NCBI GenBank assembly: GCA_042216245.1
Contig: JBDGUB010000010.1
Span: 50,481-114,480, forward strand
DNA: 64,000 nucleotides
Source of the DNA: Halobacterium sp.
GTDB lineage: Archaea > Halobacteriota > Halobacteria > Halobacteriales > Halobacteriaceae
Direction: 5' to 3'
Shown here piece by piece: positions 58,225-64,000 of the stretch (the stretch's first letter is position 1; every line of letters starts with the position of its first letter). The notes below the pieces were generated by a model. It had not been told where the DNA came from. It ran no database searches and was given only the letters and a program-made list of their open reading frames with translations. Made by a program: the position numbers and the translations under genes.

Positions 58225-58839
58225 TCACTCGGTGTCGCCGGCGTCCCGGTCGCGTCTGGCGGCCTCGTAGGCGGCGCGCACGCGCTCGAAGAGGTCGCGG
58301 CCGACGCCGGTGGACAGCCGGGGTTCCGCGGTGGCGAAGAACTCGTCGAGGCGGTCGTACTCGGTGAACTCGGCGGTCTCGCCGGGGTCGTAGCGCTCCT
58401 CGCGCTCGTACAGGAGGGCCTGGACGCACATGTCCACGAGGTCCATGTCCTTCACGAACCTGGCCTCCGGGCTGTCGCGGTCCTCGTACGTCTCCCAGTC
58501 CGCCCGGACGTCCTCGCCCAGGGCGTCCGCGAGCGACGCGACGGTTTCGCGCTCGCGGGCCTCCTTCTCCGCGTCGGTGACGTCGGGCTCGTGCGCGGGG
58601 TCGGCGCGCGTCGGCACGTCGCCGAGTTCGGCCTCGCCGACGTCGTGGAGGACCGCGAGGCGGAGCGCGCGGTCGGCGTCGACGCCCGCGTCGTCGGCGT
58701 ACGCGAGCGTCAGGAACGCCACGCCCCAGGAGTGCGCCGCGACGGACTCCGGGGCCCCGACGTTCCGGAGCTCCCAGCCCGTCCGCGTCTCGTCCTTGAG
58801 TTCGTAGGCGGTGAGCAGCGCGTCGAGGTCCTCAGGCAT
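58225..58839 (-). CDS. HD-domain 5'-deoxynucleotidase-like hydrolase
   Basis: LKDETRTGW, ESVAAHSW, LHDVGEA, EARFVKDMD. Confidence 0.88.
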   Translation of the reverse strand: MPEDLDALLTAYELKDETRTGWELRNVGAPESVAAHSWGVAFLTLAYADDAGVDADRALRLAVLHDVGEAELGDVPTRADPAHEPDVTDAEKEARERETVASLADALGEDVRADWETYEDRDSPEARFVKDMDLVDMCVQALLYEREERYDPGETAEFTEYDRLDEFFATAEPRLSTGVGRDLFERVRAAYEAARRDRDAGDTE

Positions 58840-59533
58840 CGACGCGGCGCTTCCACTCGTCGTCGCCGGCCTTCACGAGGACCTCCCGGCGCACCATCTC
58901 CTCGAGGACCTCGTCGAGGCGGTCCGGCTGCGCGATCTCCATCTCGATGCGCTCGACGTCGTGGTAGTCCGCGAGCAGCCGGCGAATCTCGGGTTTCGTG
59001 TACGGGCCGTCGCCGTCGGTCTCCATCACGCCCGAGACGATGTCCACCATGTCCTCGATGAAGTTCCAGGGGTAGACGACCCACGCCCACTGGTCGAGGC
59101 GCTCGCCGACGAAGTCGGGCTCGAACTCGCTCGTCTGGAGCAACTGCAGGGTCGCCGTCCGGATGTCGTTGGCGTCGCGGTCCTGGACGTACTCGAAGGC
59201 GGTCTCGATGGAGCCGCCGGTGTCCGCGATGTCGTCGATGATGAGGACGTCCTTGTCCTCGACCGAGCCCTCCGGCATCGGGTACCGGACCTCGGGCTCC
59301 CCGGACTTCTCGGCGGTGCCGACGTAGTGTTCCATCTTCAGGCTGGTGAGGTCGTTCAGCCCGAGGAAGTCACAGAGGCAGCGGCCGGCGAACCAGCCGC
59401 CGCGCGCGAGCGCGACGACGACGTCGGGCTCGAACTCGTCGGCCTTCACCTGGTCGCTCACGTCCCGGCAGAGTCCGTAGATGTACTCCCAGTTGGTGAT
59501 AGTGCACTTGAAGTCGTCCGGGAGGTCACTCAT
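58832..59533 (-). CDS. Purine phosphoribosyltransferase (type I PRTase)
   Basis: VALARGG, VLIIDDIADTGGS, WVVYPW. Confidence 0.88.
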   Translation of the reverse strand: MSDLPDDFKCTITNWEYIYGLCRDVSDQVKADEFEPDVVVALARGGWFAGRCLCDFLGLNDLTSLKMEHYVGTAEKSGEPEVRYPMPEGSVEDKDVLIIDDIADTGGSIETAFEYVQDRDANDIRTATLQLLQTSEFEPDFVGERLDQWAWVVYPWNFIEDMVDIVSGVMETDGDGPYTKPEIRRLLADYHDVERIEMEIAQPDRLDEVLEEMVRREVLVKAGDDEWKRRVDA

Positions 59534-59637
59534 TGCGTGTTGGCAGTCGCTCGCGTCGCCACTTAACCGTTTACAGGCGTTCTCGGGACGCGCGGCCGAC
59601 CGGGACCTTCCTTGTGCCGGGAGGCGTAGCGGGGCGT

Positions 59638-61020
59638 ATGCGACCACCGACGCGCCGCGACGCCCTCCGACTCGCCGCCGCGGGCTTCGTCGCGCTCGCC
59701 GGCTGTTCGTCGGACGGCGGCGGGACGGAGACGACGCAGACGTCCGCGACGACCGAGCAGACGACGACCGCGACGACTACGACCACCGAGCGGACCACGC
59801 AGACGACCACCAGCCCCGACGCTCAGCGCGAGACAGCGCTGCGAATCACCCGACTGCTCGGCGACGGCGACTTCGAGGCGGTCCACGGCCTGCTCGCGGA
59901 GCGCGTCCGCGAGCAGTCGTCGCCGGACGGCCTGCGGTCGGCGTGGGAGCAGACCACGGCCGAGTTCGGTCCGTTCACCGGCACGTCGGGCGTCGAGCGC
60001 ACGACGGCGAACGGGAACGACGTACTGGTGGTGCGGGCGACGTTCGAGGCGGGCGTGTTGTCCGTCGTGGTGACTTTCGACGACGCGGACGAGATAATCG
60101 GTCTCCGGTTCGTGTCGCCGCAGTCGGCGTACTCGCCGCCCGCGTACGCCGACCAGTCGGCGTTCTCCGAGACGGACCTCTCGCTGTCGTCGCCCGCCTG
60201 CGAACTCGGCGCGACGCTCACGACGCCCGCGGACGGCGCCGACGCCGGCGTCGTGCTCGTCCACGGCTCCGGGCCGAACGACCGCGACGGCACGCTCGGG
60301 CCGAACAAGCCCCTGAAGGACATCGCGTGGGGCCTCGCCTCGGAGGGCGTCGCCGTCCTGCGGTACGACAAGCGGACGTACGCCTGCGACGCGGCGACCG
60401 ACGAACTCGGGTTCGGCCCGCTCGTCGTGGACGACGCGCTCACCGCGCTGTCGCGCCTGCGCTCCGAGACCGACGTGAGCGAGACGGCCGTCGTCGGACA
60501 CAGCCTCGGCGGATACGCCGCGCCCCGCATCGCCGACCGCGACGGGGACGCGTCGGCGTTCATGCTCGCCGCGAACTCCCGACCGCTGTACGCCATCGTC
60601 CCCGGGCAGATTCGCTACCTCGCGAACCTCGACGGAAGCGTCGGCGAGGCGGAACGGGAGCAAATCGAGGCCGCCGAGGCGACGGCCGACCGCCTCGCGA
60701 ACGGGAACTACGAGGACGGCGGGTTCGCGTGGGGCGCGTCGTTCTGGCGTGACGTGGCCGACTACGACCCGGTGTCCGTCGCGGCCGAGTTGGACGCGCC
60801 GGCGTACGCCCTGCAGGGCGGGAGAGACTATCAGGTGAGTCCGACCGAGGACTTCCCGGCGTGGCAGGAGGTGCTGCCGAACGACCGCGCGCGCCTCTAC
60901 GACGACCTGAACCACCTCTTCATCGCGGGCGAAGGCCAGCCGAATCCGAGCGAATACTTCCAGCCGGGGAACGTCGCCGAGGCCGTCGTCACCGACCTCG
61001 CGGAGTGGCTGACCGCCTGA
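59638..61020 (+). CDS. Tat lipoprotein: DUF3887-like domain + alpha/beta hydrolase
   Basis: TRRDAL, LAGC; HGSGPNDRD, RYDKR, GHSLG nucleophile, QGGRDYQV, LNHLF. Confidence 0.87.
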   Translation: MRPPTRRDALRLAAAGFVALAGCSSDGGGTETTQTSATTEQTTTATTTTTERTTQTTTSPDAQRETALRITRLLGDGDFEAVHGLLAERVREQSSPDGLRSAWEQTTAEFGPFTGTSGVERTTANGNDVLVVRATFEAGVLSVVVTFDDADEIIGLRFVSPQSAYSPPAYADQSAFSETDLSLSSPACELGATLTTPADGADAGVVLVHGSGPNDRDGTLGPNKPLKDIAWGLASEGVAVLRYDKRTYACDAATDELGFGPLVVDDALTALSRLRSETDVSETAVVGHSLGGYAAPRIADRDGDASAFMLAANSRPLYAIVPGQIRYLANLDGSVGEAEREQIEAAEATADRLANGNYEDGGFAWGASFWRDVADYDPVSVAAELDAPAYALQGGRDYQVSPTEDFPAWQEVLPNDRARLYDDLNHLFIAGEGQPNPSEYFQPGNVAEAVVTDLAEWLTA

Positions 61021-61062
61021 CGCGGGCGAATCGTTTTGTATCGCTGTCGCGACTCGCTAGGC

Positions 61063-61929
61063 ATGTTCGACGCGATTCTGTTTCCGACGGACGGGAGCGA
61101 CGGCGCGGACGCCGGCCTCGACTTCGCGCTCGACGTGGCCGACGCCCACGGCGCCACGCCCCACCTCGTGAGCGTCGCGGACACGTCCCGGAGCGCGGTG
61201 GAGCGAACCCCCGACGTGACCGAGACGCTGGAGAGGAACGCCGAGCGCGTCGTCTCGCGGGCGGCACAACGAGCGCGCGAGCGCGCCGTCGACGCCACGA
61301 CCGAAGTCCGACAGGGGACGCCGCACCGCGAAATCTGCGACTACGCCGCGTCGGCGGGCGTCGACGCGATACTGATGTCGACTCGGGGACGGCGCGGTCT
61401 CGAACGGTTCCTGCTCGGGTCCACGACGGAGCGCGTCGTCCGGCGCTCCGAGGTGCCGGTGTTGACACTGCGCCCCGACGACGGCGCCCACTATCCCTTC
61501 GAGTCCGTGCTCGTGGCGACCGACGGGAGCGACTGCGCGGACGCCGCCCTCGACAGGGGCGTCGCGGTGGCGGACGCCGAGGGCGCGGCGCTCCACCTGC
61601 TGTCGGTCGTGGACGTGACGAGTCTCGGCGCGGACGTGCGCAGCGACATCGCGGTGGACGCGCTCGAATCCGGCGCGAACGCGATTCTCGACGACGCCGC
61701 GGCGCGCGCGAACGGCGCGGGCGTCGACCCCGCGACCCGGGAGGTGGCGTTCGGGTCGTCGATTCACCGCGCGATTCTGGACTACGTCGACGAGTGCGAC
61801 GCGGACCTCGTGGTCGTCGGGACGCACGGCCGCACCGGCTTCGACCGGTACGTTCTCGGGAGCGTCGCGGAGTACCTCGTGCGCACCTCGCCGGTGCCGG
61901 TGTTGACGGTGCGGGCGCCCGAGGAGTGA
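61063..61929 (+). CDS. Tandem universal stress protein
   Basis: Two USP domains: PTDGS..LLGSTTERVVR and ATDGS..GTHGRTG..LGSVAEYLVR. Confidence 0.92.
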   Translation: MFDAILFPTDGSDGADAGLDFALDVADAHGATPHLVSVADTSRSAVERTPDVTETLERNAERVVSRAAQRARERAVDATTEVRQGTPHREICDYAASAGVDAILMSTRGRRGLERFLLGSTTERVVRRSEVPVLTLRPDDGAHYPFESVLVATDGSDCADAALDRGVAVADAEGAALHLLSVVDVTSLGADVRSDIAVDALESGANAILDDAAARANGAGVDPATREVAFGSSIHRAILDYVDECDADLVVVGTHGRTGFDRYVLGSVAEYLVRTSPVPVLTVRAPEE

Positions 61930-61975
61930 CGCCGAGAGGAAAACAGGCAACACGCGGGCCCGACAATCGGCGTGC

Positions 61976-62884
61976 ATGACAGAGACGCGGGCGCTGCTCG
62001 TGGACGCGTTCACCGACGAACCGTGTTCGGGGAACGCGGCGGGCGTCGTGCCGGACGCCGGCGACCTGACCGACGACCAGATGCAGGCCATCGCGGCCGA
62101 GCTCGGCGCCAGCGAGACGGCGTTCGTCCGGGAGAGCGAGGAAGCGGACCGCCGGATTCGGTACTTCTCGCCGACGACCGAGGTGGACCTCTGCGGGCAC
62201 GCGACGGTTGCGACGCACGCCCACCTGTTCGCCGACGGCGTTATCGAGGCGGGCGAGCACACCCTCGAAACGAACGTCGGCGCGCTCGACATCGAGGTGA
62301 CCGAGGAGGGCGTGGTGTGGATGACGCAGAACGACCCGGAGATTCGCGAGGTGGACGTGTCCTACGAGCGCGTCGCCGAGGCGACGGGCACGGACGGGGC
62401 GGCGCTCCGCGGCGCGAGCGACGACCTGCCGCTGGCCGTCGCGGACACCGGCCTGCCGTTCCTCGTCGCGCCCATCACGTACCTCTCGGACTTGGGGGAC
62501 GCCGACCCCGACTTCGACGCGCTCGAAGCGCTCGCCGACGACGTGGGAGCGGCGGGCGTCTACGCGTTCTCGTTCGACGCGCTGGACGGCGACGCGACGC
62601 TCCACGGTCGCGCGTGGGTGCCGGGTCTCGGCATCGACGAGGACCCCGTGACGGGGACGGCGAGCGGCGCGGCGGGCGCGTACCTCCGGCACTTCGACGC
62701 GTTCGGCGGCGACATGGACGCGGAGATGGTGTTCGAGCAGGGACACTTCGTGGACCGGCCGGGCCGCGTCCGGGTGCGGGCGGCGGACGGCGGCGCGCCG
62801 GCGGTCGGCGGCACCGCAGTGGAGACGTTCGACGGCACGCTCCGGGTGCCGGAGAAAACGGACGACGAGATTCTGGAGGCCTAG
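61976..62884 (+). CDS. PhzF-family isomerase
   Basis: VDAFT..GNAAGVV, SETAFV, EVDLCGHAT, EDPVTGTASG. Confidence 0.92.
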   Translation: MTETRALLVDAFTDEPCSGNAAGVVPDAGDLTDDQMQAIAAELGASETAFVRESEEADRRIRYFSPTTEVDLCGHATVATHAHLFADGVIEAGEHTLETNVGALDIEVTEEGVVWMTQNDPEIREVDVSYERVAEATGTDGAALRGASDDLPLAVADTGLPFLVAPITYLSDLGDADPDFDALEALADDVGAAGVYAFSFDALDGDATLHGRAWVPGLGIDEDPVTGTASGAAGAYLRHFDAFGGDMDAEMVFEQGHFVDRPGRVRVRAADGGAPAVGGTAVETFDGTLRVPEKTDDEILEA

Positions 62885-63291
62885 TCCTCGGCCTCGCTGA
62901 AGTCGAAGGCGTCGTCGTCGCGGAGTTTTCGGAGTTCGCGGTTGACCGACTGGAGGTCCGTCTGCATGTCCGAGAGGCGGTCGTCGAGCACGCTGACGAT
63001 GTCGCTCTTGACGTGCTGGGTGTCGAAGGTGTCCGCGAGCGCCTCCTCGTTGGCGGCGGTCAGGGTCTTGTACAGCGCCCACGCCTTCCCGAACCGGTAG
63101 ACGAGCAGGCCGAGGACGGCGACGGCGATGCCCGACCCGGCCGCCGAGAGGAACGCGCTCACCGACTCGGTCTCGAGGGCGGGTTCGGCGAGCAGGGCGC
63201 CGACCGCGACGAGGCCGAGCCCGACGATTGCGAACAGCGACGTCACCAGGAAGTACTTGCCCGCGTGCACTGCGGAGCGTTTCGCGTCCAT
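62881..63291 (-). CDS. Two-TM hypothetical protein with C-terminal coiled coil
   Basis: Two hydrophobic helices, then DRLSDMQTDLQSVNRELRKL. Confidence 0.7.
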   Translation of the reverse strand: MDAKRSAVHAGKYFLVTSLFAIVGLGLVAVGALLAEPALETESVSAFLSAAGSGIAVAVLGLLVYRFGKAWALYKTLTAANEEALADTFDTQHVKSDIVSVLDDRLSDMQTDLQSVNRELRKLRDDDAFDFSEAED

Positions 63292-63338
63292 GGCCGGCCC
63301 GAGGGAGTGCGGCGGCTAAAATCCTCCGACGAGAACAG

Positions 63339-63353
63339 TACTCGGAACCGAGT
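63339..63353. promoter_or_regulatory. Probable TrmB-binding site upstream of ppsA
   Basis: TACT-CGGAACC-GAGT, near-match to the Halobacterium TrmB motif TACT-N7-8-GAGTA; ~40 bp upstream of the ppsA TATA-like ttat at 63391. Confidence 0.7.
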
Positions 63354-63422
63354 TGTGACGTCTCGGCGGCTCTCGCCGTTCGCAATCTTCTTATGCGCTT
63401 TCCCGGTGTATTCACCTGCCAC

Positions 63423-64000
63423 ATGGCTGTACGCTGGCTGGAGGACATACGGGCCGACGACGTCGACAGCGTCGGCGGGAAGGGCGCCTCGCTCGGCGAA
63501 CTCACGGACGCCGGGCTCCCCGTCCCGCCGGGGTTCGTCGTGACCGCTGGAACGTACCGCACGTTCATCGAGGAAGCCGGCATCGACGACGAACTGTTCG
63601 CCGCCGTCGACGTCGACCCCGAGGACTCGGCCGCGCTCGCCGACGCCGAAGCGCGCGCCAAGGACCTCATCCTGAACACCGAACTCCCCGACTCGATTCG
63701 CGACGACATCCTCTCCTCGTACGACGACTTGGACGACGGGCAGGCGTTCGTCGCGGTGCGGTCGTCCGCGACCGCCGAGGACCTCCCGGACGCGAGCTTC
63801 GCGGGCCAGCAGGAGACGTTCCTGAACGTCACCCGCGAGGACCTCGTCGACCGCGTGAAGCGCTGCTGGGCGAGCCTGTTCACGCAGCGCGCCATCTACT
63901 ACCGCGAGGAACAGGGCTTCGACCACGACATCGTCGACATCGCGGTGGTCGTCCAGCGCATGGTCGACGCCGAGAAGTCCGGCGTGATGTTCACGAGCCA
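63423..64000 (+). CDS. ppsA: Phosphoenolpyruvate synthase (5' part, runs off the window)
   Basis: MAVRWL..VGGKGASLGEL, VPPGFVVT, VAVRSSATAEDLPDASFAGQQETFLNV, VVVQRMV. Confidence 0.95.
   Translation, partial: MAVRWLEDIRADDVDSVGGKGASLGELTDAGLPVPPGFVVTAGTYRTFIEEAGIDDELFAAVDVDPEDSAALADAEARAKDLILNTELPDSIRDDILSSYDDLDDGQAFVAVRSSATAEDLPDASFAGQQETFLNVTREDLVDRVKRCWASLFTQRAIYYREEQGFDHDIVDIAVVVQRMVDAEKSGVMFTS

Noticed and set aside
1-64000. Many long alternative ORFs in the six-frame track (e.g. 23658-26420, 60989-63895, 57175-59061) and long N-terminal extensions
   Set aside because: Arg/Pro/Gly-rich or antisense shadows of real genes caused by high GC; starts were trimmed to the motif-supported ATG/GTG.

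Overview
High-GC (roughly 70% by eye) core chromosome of a halophilic archaeon (class Halobacteria, Halobacterium-like), with acidic proteins, mostly leaderless genes and Tat lipoproteins. The window holds about 63 real genes. They include a dapA-dapB-dapD-lysA-dapF-dapE lysine operon, purB and a purN-purH fusion, a folC-folP fusion, TFS, TrmI, NAC, rhomboid-EndoV, PolX, NreA, topA with a 536-aa LAGLIDADG intein, gatB, smc-scpA, mtnP and the start of ppsA. I found no rRNA, tRNA, CRISPR array or transposase. The most unusual signals are small. (1) A 4-unit, ~72-bp array after purH repeats the gene's last codons (RCFRHD*) in variant forms, each locked into co-varying hairpins with GAGC-N2-4-GCGA loops. 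(2) A 45-bp double hairpin is inserted in frame in polX, and a related palindrome lies downstream of topA. (3) A leaderless 29-aa uORF with AAA-CGC-AAA (Lys) codons precedes the lysine operon, whose enzymes are very lysine-poor; it is a candidate attenuator. (4) Two further genes have locally duplicated 3' ends. Product calls come from motif recognition only; no database searches were run.
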